This document shows positions 41,093 to 50,917 of a DNA stretch of 64,000 nucleotides, one piece after another. The first letter of the stretch is position 1, and every line of letters begins with the position of its first letter. The stretch comes from Longimicrobiales bacterium. GTDB lineage: Bacteria > Gemmatimonadota > Gemmatimonadetes > Longimicrobiales > Gaopeijiaceae. The DNA is taken from NCBI GenBank assembly GCA_965238005.1, contig OZ250165.1:4736001-4800000 (forward strand). The letters run 5' to 3'. The notes under the pieces were generated by a model, which had not been told where the DNA came from, did no database searches, and saw nothing but the letters and a program-made list of their open reading frames with translations. A program made the position numbers and the translations under genes.

Positions 41093-43360
41093 CTAATCTT
41101 GTGCAGATCGGGCCTGGGCGTCCACCGACGCCAGAGTGACCAGATTCACGACGTCCTGGACGGTGGATCCCCGCTGCAGGAAGTGCACGGGATGCTTCAT
41201 CCCCAGCAGGATCGGACCGATCACATCCGCCCCTCCGATCTCCGCCAACAACTTATAGGAAGCGTTGGCGGAAGCGAGGTTCGGGAAGATGAGCACGTTG
41301 GCCGCCCGCGTGAGCGTGCTGAACGGATACTGCTCCCGCAAGAGCTCCGTGTTGACCGCCGTGTCAGCCTGCATCTCGCCGTCGACCTCCAGATCCGGGC
41401 GGAGCGCCTTCACCTGGTCGACGGCCGCCCGCACCTTCTCGGACTCGAGATGGCGAGCCGATCCGAAGTTGGAGAACGAGAGCATGGCGATGCGCGGCTC
41501 GATTCCGAGATTCTCCACGAAGCCGGCTGTGAGCAGAGCGATGTCCGTGAGAGCATCCGCGTCTGGGTCGATGTTTACGGCGGTGTCGCCGAAGAAGAGG
41601 AGCTCCCTGTCGCGGAGCGCCACCATGTACATGGCGGCCACCCTCCGCACCCCGTCGGCCCGACCGAGAACCTCCAGCGCCGGCCGCAAGAGCTCCGCAT
41701 AGTGGGACTCGATGCCGGCGACCATGGCGTCGGCGTCACCTCGCCGGATCATCATGCCGGCGAAGTAGCCCGGCTGGTACATCCGCGAACGAGCCTCGGC
41801 GCGGGTCAGTCCCTTCCGCAGACGGGACTGGTACAGCTCCTCGGCGTATTCATGGCGCGCCTCGTCGCTCAGGATCGGGTGGACGATCTCAGTGCCGGTA
41901 ATGTCGACGCCGTGGAGCTCACAGATCTTGTGGACCTTGTCTTCCCGGCCGATGAGGACCGGAATCGCGACGCCGTCCTCCACGATCTGCTGGCAGGCAC
42001 GGATCACGCGCTCGTTGTAGCCGTCCGTGAGGACCACGCGCATGGGTCGCTTCCGCGCACGGCTGACCATCCCTCGCATGACCTCGCCACTCGGCCCCAG
42101 GCTCGCCTTGAGCCGATCCTCGTACTCCACGAGGTCGATCTCCTCCCGCGCAACGCCGGACTCCATGGCCGCCTTCGCCACGGCCGGAGCCACGTGGAAG
42201 AGCACCCGGGAGTCGAACGGCTTGGGAATCAGGTACTCGTGGCCGAACTCGAAGGACTCGCCGCCATAGGCCGCGGTCACGGATTGCGGCACCGTGGCCT
42301 TCGCCAGATCGGCCAGGGCGCGGGTGGCCGCCAGCATCATCTCCTCGTTGATGGCCTTGGCCCGGACGTCCAGGGCGCCACGGAACAGGAACGGAAACCC
42401 GAGAACGTTGTTGACCTGATTCGGATAGTCCGAGCGCCCCGTAGCGACGATAGCGTCGTCCCGCACCTCGGCCACCTCTTCGGGCGTGACTTCTGGATCG
42501 GGGTTGGCCAGCGCGAAAATGATGGGACGCTTGGCCATGGAGGCCACCATCTCCTTGGTCACCAACCCGCGAACCGAGAGGCCGATGAACGCGTCGGCCC
42601 CTTTCATGGCGTCCTCCAGGGTACGGAGGTCGGTCCGGACGGCGAAGGGCGCTTTGTATTCGTTCATGCCCTCCTGGCGTCCCTCGTAAATCACCCCCTT
42701 GCTGTCCACAATGAGGATGTTCGCACGGAGAATCCCGATCCGCGTGAAGTGCTCCGCGGTGGAGATGGCCGACGCACCGGCGCCACTGAACACCACCTTG
42801 ATCTTCGATGGCCTCTTTCCGACGAGCTCGAGTGCGTTCATGAGAGCCGCGGCGCTGATGATGGCGGTCCCGTGTTGGTCGTCGTGGAAGACCGGAATGT
42901 CCAGGCTCTCCTTGAGTCGCCTCTCGATGACGAAGCAGTCGGGAGCCTTGATGTCTTCCAAGTTGATTCCACCCACGGTCGGCTCGAGGAGCTCACAGAA
43001 CCGGATCACGTCCTCCGGGTCCTCCGAGCCGACCTCCAGATCGAACACGTCGATGCCGGCGAACTTCTTGAAGAGCACGCCTTTGCCCTCCATGACCGGT
43101 TTCGACGCCATCGGTCCGATGTTGCCGAGTCCCAGAACCGCCGTCCCATTGGAGACAACAGCAACCAAGTTGCCGCGCGCCGTATAGTTGAAGACGTCGT
43201 CCGGTCTCTTGTGGATCTCTAGACAGGGCACCGCCACACCCGGACTGTACGCGAGAGACAGGTCTCTCTGAGTGCTCAGTGGCTTGGTGGGAAGGACCTC
43301 TATTTTGCCAGGGCGACCCTTGGTGTGATACTCCAAGGCCGCTTTGCTACGAGCGTCCAT
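41093..43360 (-). CDS. maeB: NADP-dependent malic enzyme with PTA-like domain
   Basis: [29 protein letters not shown] and DGEMQAD motifs. Confidence 0.95.
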   Translation of the reverse strand: MDARSKAALEYHTKGRPGKIEVLPTKPLSTQRDLSLAYSPGVAVPCLEIHKRPDDVFNYTARGNLVAVVSNGTAVLGLGNIGPMASKPVMEGKGVLFKKFAGIDVFDLEVGSEDPEDVIRFCELLEPTVGGINLEDIKAPDCFVIERRLKESLDIPVFHDDQHGTAIISAAALMNALELVGKRPSKIKVVFSGAGASAISTAEHFTRIGILRANILIVDSKGVIYEGRQEGMNEYKAPFAVRTDLRTLEDAMKGADAFIGLSVRGLVTKEMVASMAKRPIIFALANPDPEVTPEEVAEVRDDAIVATGRSDYPNQVNNVLGFPFLFRGALDVRAKAINEEMMLAATRALADLAKATVPQSVTAAYGGESFEFGHEYLIPKPFDSRVLFHVAPAVAKAAMESGVAREEIDLVEYEDRLKASLGPSGEVMRGMVSRARKRPMRVVLTDGYNERVIRACQQIVEDGVAIPVLIGREDKVHKICELHGVDITGTEIVHPILSDEARHEYAEELYQSRLRKGLTRAEARSRMYQPGYFAGMMIRRGDADAMVAGIESHYAELLRPALEVLGRADGVRRVAAMYMVALRDRELLFFGDTAVNIDPDADALTDIALLTAGFVENLGIEPRIAMLSFSNFGSARHLESEKVRAAVDQVKALRPDLEVDGEMQADTAVNTELLREQYPFSTLTRAANVLIFPNLASANASYKLLAEIGGADVIGPILLGMKHPVHFLQRGSTVQDVVNLVTLASVDAQARSAQD

Positions 43361-43382
43361 TCGGAAGCCTTATTAGAGGGGA

Positions 43383-45188
43383 ATGTTTAGGTTAGCCGAG
43401 AAAAACCGAGTGTCAATCGCCGCCGCTGGAGAGCGTTGGGCCCGAAGTCTCACCCGAGCGCTGATCCTCCTCGCCGCGTTGACCGCCTCGGGGCCGGCTG
43501 GGCTTGTGGGACAGGCGTGTCCGAACGGCCAGATCTCCTTCATTTTCATAAACAGCCACTCGGTCTTCGACACGACGAACGTCACCAACGGAAGGTCCTT
43601 CGAGTGGCTCTATAATTTCGCCAACTGGCTCCACATGGAGACAGACGAGGAGTTCATCCAGGGGGAGCTGCTCTTCAAAGTAGGCGATTGCTACGATCCG
43701 TTTCTGGTCGCGGAGTCGGAGAGAATCATCCGCCAACTGGGCTTCATCGCTCGGGTGGACGTATTCGCCGTCCCCCAGTCCGACGGGTCCGTCCACATCG
43801 TAGTGGACACGCAGGATGAGTGGACCCTCCAGGTGACGGTCCGCGCCCGTTTTGACGAGGGCTTCGAAGTCAACGGACTCGACGTCACGGAGAAGAACGT
43901 CCTTGGGAAGGGTGTCGCGGCCCGCGGCTTTTACTGGGAGCGCCGGGAAGCTCGCGAGATCGGAGGGGCGGTCCAGGCAGCCCGCTTCCTGGGCACCCGA
44001 TGGGACGCCCAGCTCCAAGCGGGAGAGACCCGTGTCGGTCCTTTCTTCCAACAGGCCTTCGTTTATCCGTTCGTCGGCGAGGTGGGCCGGTACTTTGCCA
44101 CCCAGTTCTACACCCGTCGGGAGGACCTCTTCGCATACGCCCTTCCGGAAGGCGGAGTGTACACACACGTCGTGACCCCCTTCTTGAGGAAGCGTGCCGA
44201 GCTCACAGTGGCAGGACGACTGGGAGAGGCGGGACGGCTGACGATCCTGGGCCTCGGGATCTCTCGAGACGATCTCGACTTTGCGCGATTCGAGGAGGGT
44301 CCCGAGGCGGTCCGGAATCGGGACTTCGCGAACGCCGAGCCAGCCCCTCCGGAGCTGTCCGCGCCGGTCTCACCGCAGACCCGAGGACGCTCCGCGACCC
44401 GGCTCAACCTAATGCTCGGACAGAGGAACCTGCGGTTCGAGCGGCGGGCCGCTCTTGACGCTGTGCGCGGTGTCCAGGACGTACCTGTGGGCGGCGAGAT
44501 CTCCCTGACGCTGGGTCGTAGCGTGGGGTTCCTCGGCCCCGACTCGGAAACGGAGGACGACAACTTCTTCGGACGCATCCGTGTCTTTGGAGGGCTGGCA
44601 CCGGGCCGTTGGGTCCTCGCCGGAAATGTGGACTTCGAGGCCCGTCACATCTTCGACGGCCCCCAAGAAGGCTGGCGGGACGCCATTGGCGAATTCGACG
44701 TCTACACCTACTGGCAGCCGTTGGCCCTACCTCGCCACACGCTCTTCGCGCGGATCTCGGGGGCGGCGGGGTGGTCCATGACGGTTCCCTTCCAGCTCAC
44801 GCTGGGAGGCCCGTCCAACCTCAGGGGCCACGGCCTCGACCACGCCCCGGGCGGCCGGCGACTGATCGGATCGTTTGAGGACCGGATCTATCTTGGGTCG
44901 CCTGCTGGTAGTCTCTTCGACCTGGGGCTCACCGTGTTCCTGGACGTGGGCTCAGTCTGGCGGGGCGACACGCCGTTCGGCAGCAACTCCGGCTTCGGTG
45001 CTAGCGCCGGGGCCGGCCTACGCGTCGGCTTCCCCGGAGGTACCCGGGGAGTGATCCGGATCGACCTGGCGTTTCCGGTGAACGGCCCCGACGCCTTCAA
45101 GGAGCCCGTGTTCCGAATCACGGCCGCCGAGTTGCTCGGATTGCTGCAGGGATTCGAGGATCCACAGTTGCGCCGAAGCCGCCGGTAG
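43383..45188 (+). CDS. BamA/TamA (Omp85)-like outer membrane protein
   Basis: POTRA-like ELLFKVGD...ESERIIR, LGGPSNLRG and IRIDLAFP; true start probably slightly downstream. Confidence 0.75.
   Translation: MFRLAEKNRVSIAAAGERWARSLTRALILLAALTASGPAGLVGQACPNGQISFIFINSHSVFDTTNVTNGRSFEWLYNFANWLHMETDEEFIQGELLFKVGDCYDPFLVAESERIIRQLGFIARVDVFAVPQSDGSVHIVVDTQDEWTLQVTVRARFDEGFEVNGLDVTEKNVLGKGVAARGFYWERREAREIGGAVQAARFLGTRWDAQLQAGETRVGPFFQQAFVYPFVGEVGRYFATQFYTRREDLFAYALPEGGVYTHVVTPFLRKRAELTVAGRLGEAGRLTILGLGISRDDLDFARFEEGPEAVRNRDFANAEPAPPELSAPVSPQTRGRSATRLNLMLGQRNLRFERRAALDAVRGVQDVPVGGEISLTLGRSVGFLGPDSETEDDNFFGRIRVFGGLAPGRWVLAGNVDFEARHIFDGPQEGWRDAIGEFDVYTYWQPLALPRHTLFARISGAAGWSMTVPFQLTLGGPSNLRGHGLDHAPGGRRLIGSFEDRIYLGSPAGSLFDLGLTVFLDVGSVWRGDTPFGSNSGFGASAGAGLRVGFPGGTRGVIRIDLAFPVNGPDAFKEPVFRITAAELLGLLQGFEDPQLRRSRR
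43389..43416 (-). promoter_or_regulatory. Candidate maeB promoter TTGACA-16-TAACCT
   Basis: Perfect -35 box. Confidence 0.55.
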
Positions 45189-45296
45189 ACCTCCGGATAG
45201 CGGCGTCCCCGCCCGGTATCTAACAACCGCGACCTGCCATAATGACACCAGGGGACGCCATTCGTGGCTCGAACCCCCGCCCATTGAAGAAAACCT

Positions 45297-45325
45297 TTGA
45301 CTCCAGAAACACACTTTTATAAGTT
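45297..45325 (+). promoter_or_regulatory. Candidate promoter TTGACT-17-TAAGTT
   Basis: Consensus-like boxes in an AT-rich intergenic region. Confidence 0.5.
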
Positions 45326-45459
45326 TCACACCCTTCGCCGCGACGCGAGTTAAGCTGTTCTCTTCGCCTCGTTTAGCAGGTCGCTTCGCGCCGAGGACGG
45401 CATGTTGTTTGCATAGCTCACGATCCCTCTCAACCTCCAAAACGAGGCGCCCGGAACGA

Positions 45460-46320
45460 ATGTTTTCAACTTCCCGAGGCCTGGATTCGTTCGACCAGTA
45501 TCTGCAAGACGTCGAGAAATACCCACTGATCCAGGACCCCGCGGAAGAGCGGGCCCTGGCACGCCGCGCCCGCACCGGCGACAAGGAGGCGGCCGAGCGC
45601 CTGGTCACCGCCAACCTGCGGTTCGTCATCTCATACGTGAAGAAGTACCAGGGCCGTGGCCTAGGCCTCGCCGAGCTCGTATGCATCGGCAACGAGGGGC
45701 TACTCAAAGCGGTGAAGAAGTTCGATCCGGACAAGGGCGTGAAGTTCATCTCGTACGCCGTTTGGTGGATTCGCCAGACCGTCCTCCAGGCCCTTGCAGA
45801 GCAGACACGCTCGGTTCGCATCCCCCTCAACCAGAACTCGAATCTGGCCAAGCTGGCCCGGATCGACACGGCTCTCACGCAACAGCTCGGGCGCTCACCG
45901 ACGATCCAGGAGATCTCGCGTGAGATGGAGGAGCCCATCGAGACGATCCGTGCTCTCCGGCGAGTGGCGGCGAGCGAGCTCAGTCTCGACGCTCCCATCG
46001 ATCGGAGCGACGGCAACAGCGCTAGCTTCGGTGAGAGGTTCGCCGGAGCCGAGGCCACCGACATCGAGGGGAATGTGGAGGCAATCGCCCGTCGGGACTT
46101 CCTCGAGACGATGTTCGACAGCTACCTCACCGAGCGCGAGCGGAAGATCCTGTACCTCTACTACGGCCTCGACGACGGTGAGGAGCGGACGTTGGAGGAG
46201 ATCGGCTCACTCCTCGGCGTAACGCGCGAACGGATCCGCCAGATCCGGAACCGGGCGTTCGAGAAGCTCCGCGAGAGCCCCCACGGTGACTCTCTCTCGG
46301 GATTCTGGAGCGCGAACTGA
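45460..46320 (+). CDS. Second RpoD/SigA-family sigma-70 factor
   Basis: ANLRFVISYVKKY, KFISYAVWWIRQ and TLEEIG...TRERIRQ motifs. Confidence 0.92.
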   Translation: MFSTSRGLDSFDQYLQDVEKYPLIQDPAEERALARRARTGDKEAAERLVTANLRFVISYVKKYQGRGLGLAELVCIGNEGLLKAVKKFDPDKGVKFISYAVWWIRQTVLQALAEQTRSVRIPLNQNSNLAKLARIDTALTQQLGRSPTIQEISREMEEPIETIRALRRVAASELSLDAPIDRSDGNSASFGERFAGAEATDIEGNVEAIARRDFLETMFDSYLTERERKILYLYYGLDDGEERTLEEIGSLLGVTRERIRQIRNRAFEKLRESPHGDSLSGFWSAN

Positions 46321-46343
46321 CGCCTCAAGCCACCTCGGCAATC

Positions 46344-46377
46344 AGGGCCCTGTCCGCGATCGGACGGGGCCCTTTTT
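46344..46377 (+). terminator. Intrinsic terminator
   Basis: AGGGCCCTGTCCG-CGAT-CGGACGGGGCCCT followed by TTTT. Confidence 0.85.
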
Positions 46378-46426
46378 CGTGCCAGCGACGGGGGAACCGG
46401 CGCCGTGCGGTACGCGTACGATCTGC

Positions 46427-48499
46427 ATGACCGAGAAGCCCAGTCTGTCACTTCCCACCCGGACGCAGGGTCTCACCTCCACCATCTTCCTGCTGCTCGT
46501 TTGTCTCGTGCCCGGGGTGGAGGCGCAGTCCGACGGCGTATGGAACGGACCTAGAGCGATGGGGCTGGTAGGAGAGGCGAGGGATCTCCGCCAGGCCGTG
46601 GCCGTGGACTCGGCCTTTCAAGCGTACGAGGCCGACGCCAGGGGCTACATCTACTTCTTTCTGGACCGCCCCGACAGCGACGAGCGCACCTTGGTGAGGA
46701 CCGACCAGATCGCGTTGCAGGTCTACTGGCGAGCCCCGGCGCAGACGAAGCAGCGGGTAGTCGGGCTCCGGGACGAGAAACAGCTCCCGACGAACATCAA
46801 GTACCACCTCGATCACCTCACCGTGGTGCAGGACGACTTCGGGGACCTCATCCGTTTGGGGGACGGAGACGAGGTGGCTGCCGTCATACACCCCGTCGCA
46901 CCCGGGTCCGAGGAGATCTACGACTTCCGTCTCACCGACTCCCTCACCCTTTCGCTTCCGGGCCCGACTCCGGACATCCGCGTGTACGAGGTCGAAGTCC
47001 GGCCCAAGGACCCAGGCTCTCCAGGGGTGATCGGGAGCGTGTTCCTGGAGCGAGGGTCCGGGGCTATCGTCCGGATGAACTTCACGTTCACGCCGGCTTC
47101 TTACGTCGACGGCAACCTGGACTACATCCGCATCTCCATGGACAACTCGGTCTGGGAGGGGAAGTACTGGCTCCCGTACCGCCAGGAAGTGGAGTTGAGG
47201 AGGGAGCTCCCGATCATCGACTTCCTGGCCGGCAGCGTCATTCGAGGCCGTTTCGAGATACGGAACTACCAGTTCAACCCACAGCTGCCGGAGTACCTCT
47301 TCTTCGGTGGGCCGGTCTCGTCGGTTCCCCAGGCAGCGAGGGAGAACTTCCTGTTCGAAACGGGGCTGTACGATCAGCTGGAGGAGGAGGGCCTCGAGAC
47401 CTCGCCGGAGATCGAGGCCATCCGGCGACAGGCCATGACGGTGGTGGGTCGCCGATACCTGAGTGGGCTGAAGCCTTCCCGCCTCTACGTTCCTTTCGTC
47501 TCCTCGGTCTACAGGTACAACAGGGCGGAGGGCTCCTTCGCTGGAGCAGGTGCGGCCTTCATTCTCGGGCCCACCTGGAGACTGCAGTCCCACGGCGGGT
47601 ACTCGTTCGGGCGTGACAAGGGCCAGCTCTCGGTGACCCTCGCCCGAACACCCTCCAATCAGGGACTTGGACTCCGTCTCCGATGGAACGAGCTGAACGA
47701 CGCCAGCGGGCGACTACGCGGCTCCAGCGCAGCGATGAACAGCCTGGGGGGACTTCTGGCGGGAGAGGATTACACGGATCCTTACTTCTCGTCGAGCGCG
47801 GAGCTGAGATACAGTTGGGCGGTGGGCAGCACAGGCACTCTGCGCTTGGCGGGAGTGTGGGAGCGCCATCGCTCCGGGGGGAACGTGGTCGTGGACGCGG
47901 CCGGTGGAGCGGGCACGCATCGCCCCGTGCTCCCGGTCGATGAGGGAGACGGTTGGGCCCTCGAATTATCCTACTCGAGGCGTATCGGGATGCGTGGCTT
48001 CACGACTTCGGCCACAGCGCGGATCGGCGCCTTCGATGACCGGAGCTACGGCTCGGTGTGGTGGGAGTCCAGCCTTCAGCGCCGGCTGCACTCGTCGGGC
48101 ACGACGGTGGAAGGCCGCCTCCAGCTGGGCCTCTCCTCAAACGAGATTCCGGCTCAGTCGCTCTATCTCCTGGGTGGCAGACACACCCTGCCCGGATATC
48201 CGTACCGATCCTTCATCGGCGACCAGATGGCGCTCATGAGGGTCGAGGGTAGCCAGCCCTTGCTCGCACCCTGGCTGTCCATACGGGCCTTCGTGGCCAC
48301 CGGCAAGACGGGCTTCAGCCGCAACGAGTTGCCCGACGGATGGCCAGGCCGAAGCACCGACGGGCTCAGGAGCTCCGCAGGAGTGGGCCTCGGGCTCGGG
48401 TGGGACCTCCTGCTCCTCGACGTGGCGCGGGGCCTCAACGCGGACGGGGACTGGGAGCTCGTCCTCTCGGTGCAGCGTCGCTTCTGGGAGTGGCTCTAG
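46427..48499 (+). CDS. Exported, probable outer-membrane beta-barrel protein
   Basis: Signal peptide, YRYNRAEG, LGGRHTLPGY, aromatic C-terminus. Confidence 0.7.
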   Translation: MTEKPSLSLPTRTQGLTSTIFLLLVCLVPGVEAQSDGVWNGPRAMGLVGEARDLRQAVAVDSAFQAYEADARGYIYFFLDRPDSDERTLVRTDQIALQVYWRAPAQTKQRVVGLRDEKQLPTNIKYHLDHLTVVQDDFGDLIRLGDGDEVAAVIHPVAPGSEEIYDFRLTDSLTLSLPGPTPDIRVYEVEVRPKDPGSPGVIGSVFLERGSGAIVRMNFTFTPASYVDGNLDYIRISMDNSVWEGKYWLPYRQEVELRRELPIIDFLAGSVIRGRFEIRNYQFNPQLPEYLFFGGPVSSVPQAARENFLFETGLYDQLEEEGLETSPEIEAIRRQAMTVVGRRYLSGLKPSRLYVPFVSSVYRYNRAEGSFAGAGAAFILGPTWRLQSHGGYSFGRDKGQLSVTLARTPSNQGLGLRLRWNELNDASGRLRGSSAAMNSLGGLLAGEDYTDPYFSSSAELRYSWAVGSTGTLRLAGVWERHRSGGNVVVDAAGGAGTHRPVLPVDEGDGWALELSYSRRIGMRGFTTSATARIGAFDDRSYGSVWWESSLQRRLHSSGTTVEGRLQLGLSSNEIPAQSLYLLGGRHTLPGYPYRSFIGDQMALMRVEGSQPLLAPWLSIRAFVATGKTGFSRNELPDGWPGRSTDGLRSSAGVGLGLGWDLLLLDVARGLNADGDWELVLSVQRRFWEWL

Positions 48500-48612
48500 G
48501 GAACCTCTGCCTTCAGAGCGACGCCTAGGATCCGGGGGGGGGGGGGGGGCACCCGCCGAAGGCGGGTCGGCGCTCGTAACGAGGCCCACCAGACTTGTGC
48601 AGAGGTTCCCTA
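48497..48612. mobile_element. MITE-like element type C
   Basis: TIR GGGAACCTCTGC/GCAGAGGTTCCC, TA flanks, internal ACCCGCC-GAA-GGCGGGT hairpin and G16 run. Confidence 0.75.
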
Positions 48613-48882
48613 GTGTGGTGTCCCAGAAGTTCGCGAACCACCGAGAGTGCCGAGGCGCCGGATCCGGAGTACCCGCGCCGTTAGGCGTGGGTCAGGCACC
48701 GACGACGAGGAATAGCAACGCGGGCACCGCGGCCGTGGTCCGAGGAGAGGGAACGCCGCAGGGCCGGATGCATCGGTGCTCGAGCCGAGCGACCTTCATG
48801 CTCGCCGTGAGCGCCGAGTCGACCGCGAGACGATCGAGCGCAGCGAGATCAATGGCCGAGACACTTCTGGGACACCACACTA
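48611..48882 (+). mobile_element. MITE-like element type A, copy 3
   Basis: Same TIRs and interior as copy 1; shares TA 48611-48612 with type C. Confidence 0.9.
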
Positions 48883-48900
48883 ACACAAGCCGATACCGCC

Positions 48901-49275
48901 CTAGGCCGCGGCCCCCGCGGCCTCCGCCTCCTGCACGTCCACCGCCTCATTCGACGACGAGAGCAGCACCAGCTCCCGGACGTTCACGTCGGCAGTGGGG
49001 ATGCTCACTCCGTCTCGCTCGTAGGTGTCGTATTCGAGGTGGCCCTCCACGTAGATCCGGTCGCTCTTCTTGACGTAGTCCTCGGTGAACTGCGCCAGGC
49101 GGGCCCAGAGGGTGAGGCGGTGCCAGTCCGTCCTCTCCTGGGGATCGTCCCCGTAGGGGGGACGATTCGTCGCCATGGACATATGGACGACCTTGGTCCC
49201 GTTCTTCGTCTCACGGACGTCCGGATCGCCACCGACGTTGCCCACGAGAATGATCTTGTTGATGGTGCGGCCCAT
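48901..49275 (-). CDS. ssb: Single-stranded DNA-binding protein (short, no DDIPF tail)
   Basis: INKIILVGNVGGDP, TDWHR and IYVEG motifs; GGGAGG RBS. Confidence 0.88.
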   Translation of the reverse strand: MGRTINKIILVGNVGGDPDVRETKNGTKVVHMSMATNRPPYGDDPQERTDWHRLTLWARLAQFTEDYVKKSDRIYVEGHLEYDTYERDGVSIPTADVNVRELVLLSSSNEAVDVQEAEAAGAAA

Positions 49276-49694
49276 TCTGTTCCTCCCGCGTGTGAGTTCC
49301 GGCCGCCGAGGAGAGGACGAGTGATCTCCCGTCCGCGTCAGCCGGTCCGGAGTGGAGCAGTAAAGTGCTCGGCTGAGCGGGGCCTTGGGATGGCTGTACG
49401 GGACCGAGGGGCGCGGCGGGGAGGAACCGAAGCGGTTCCGAGTTCCTCTTCGGAGACGTATACGTATCTCTATATCCTGAGTATACGTACAAACGTGCAT
49501 GTCCAAGAAGGCGCTGGACAAGTTTATGCATCGTGACAGAGAAGCAATGTCATGAGCTTTCGATTTGGCTTACAGCGACCGGGCCAGCATTCGCATCATC
49601 GAGAATGTCCCCTTTCGGCCAGAACCGGTCATTCAGATTAAGCCGCTGAGAGGCGATCAGTTCAGACACCTGCCTGCTGGAATATTAGAAATTA

Positions 49695-49734
49695 GGGTCA
49701 GAGTAAAATTATCTACGAATTGTTACTCTGACCC
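49695..49734. repeat. REP-like inverted repeat
   Basis: GGGTCAGAGTAA-16-TTACTCTGACCC in AT-rich DNA. Confidence 0.7.
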
Positions 49735-49767
49735 CAATTATTTCAAGTTTCGACGGTGTGCCAGCTA

Positions 49768-50155
49768 TCAGCTTTCCACAGCCGCACCAATCACGACGAG
49801 AACCGCGTAGTCTTGCTTGTTGCAGCTCTCGACTGGAGGCATCGGGCCCCCTGGAGTAACTGGAAATGCAGTCATCTGCGCCTTGGCCGGCGAACACGAA
49901 TTATCACTCGTCGCCGGTGTGTAGCGCGCGGAGCGGCAGGCCAAGTGCGTCACATCATAGAGCGTCGCGCCGTTGTCGAGCTCCCAACGCTGAGTACCGT
50001 CCTTTTTCATAGGATGAACGGTCAGCACGGTCGTCACCTCGCGGAGACCTGTGACCAAGCATTTGCCAGGAGGGACCGGGAAGTCTGGATTCTCCATAAT
50101 CAAGCCGTGTTCCTCCAACCACCAATCTGTGCTGTCGAATTTCCACTGTGCTGGG
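49768..50155 (-). pseudogene. 3' remnant of an unidentified lower-GC gene
   Basis: WKFDSTDWWLEEHGLIME...LYDVTHLACRSARYTP frame begins abruptly under the lipoprotein tail. Confidence 0.5.
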
Positions 50156-50822
50156 GCGACACCACCTCGTCGATTGTCTCCGTCTCCTCGGCCACGACCG
50201 AAACGACTTGCACCTGCTCGAACAGGTTGACGCAGTTCGCAGCCACCTCTGTAATAGTGACGCCGTAGTTACCGGGCTCCAGCTCCTCGTAGATCACCGA
50301 CCCGGACGTACCCACCTCGAACTCATCGATGAGGGCGTCGAAGTTCTCGTCCCATAGCCCGATGAAGTAGCCGTCGGGGTCGAGGTCCAATCCGGTGGTG
50401 GAGAGGCTGACCCTGATAGCCCCGGTCAGCAGCTTGACTGTTGCCTGCGCCGAGGCGCTCGCCGTTTCCCCGCTCGCGTTGATTGCGAAGACCTGACCGG
50501 TGTAAGTAGCGCCGGGCGTCAGTCCGGTGAAGTCGGCGAACACGGCCGTGGCGCCAACTGTCTGCGTGCGCGTCGCCTCGTCGGGCGTCACCAGAGTGAC
50601 CCTGTGGGAGGTGGCCCCGGAGCCCGGCGTCCAGGTGACCCGAATCGCCAGCCCTTGGACAGTCAGCGTGACGCCCGTCGGTGCACCCGGTGGTTGTGGT
50701 TGCGGCGGTGTGTCCGTGCCGGGGCACAGGGGGCCCGAGACGCAGCCCCCCTCGCTGCCACACGACATGGTTAGACACACGAGTGCGAAAGCGACCGACC
50801 AACGCAACGGAGAGTTTTTCAT
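50100..50822 (-). CDS. Lipoprotein with fibronectin type III domain, tail probably truncated or fused
   Basis: MSC lipobox; PGAPTGV...W...FTGLTPGATY...VFAINASG. Confidence 0.75.
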   Translation of the reverse strand: MKNSPLRWSVAFALVCLTMSCGSEGGCVSGPLCPGTDTPPQPQPPGAPTGVTLTVQGLAIRVTWTPGSGATSHRVTLVTPDEATRTQTVGATAVFADFTGLTPGATYTGQVFAINASGETASASAQATVKLLTGAIRVSLSTTGLDLDPDGYFIGLWDENFDALIDEFEVGTSGSVIYEELEPGNYGVTITEVAANCVNLFEQVQVVSVVAEETETIDEVVSPQHSGNSTAQIGGWRNTA

Positions 50823-50917
50823 GGTAAGGCGGGTTCGAGTTCTATCGAGGCCAAGTCCCCCTCAGTACTTAAAAAGGGTATACCGGTTCCGGTTTGCTGG
50901 ACAAGTCGGCGGCCTAA

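Noticed and set aside
36701..43222. Long + strand ORFs (533, 530, 707 aa) and similar antisense ORFs elsewhere
   Set aside because: Antisense shadows of mmsA, pckA and maeB, expected with high GC3 codon usage.
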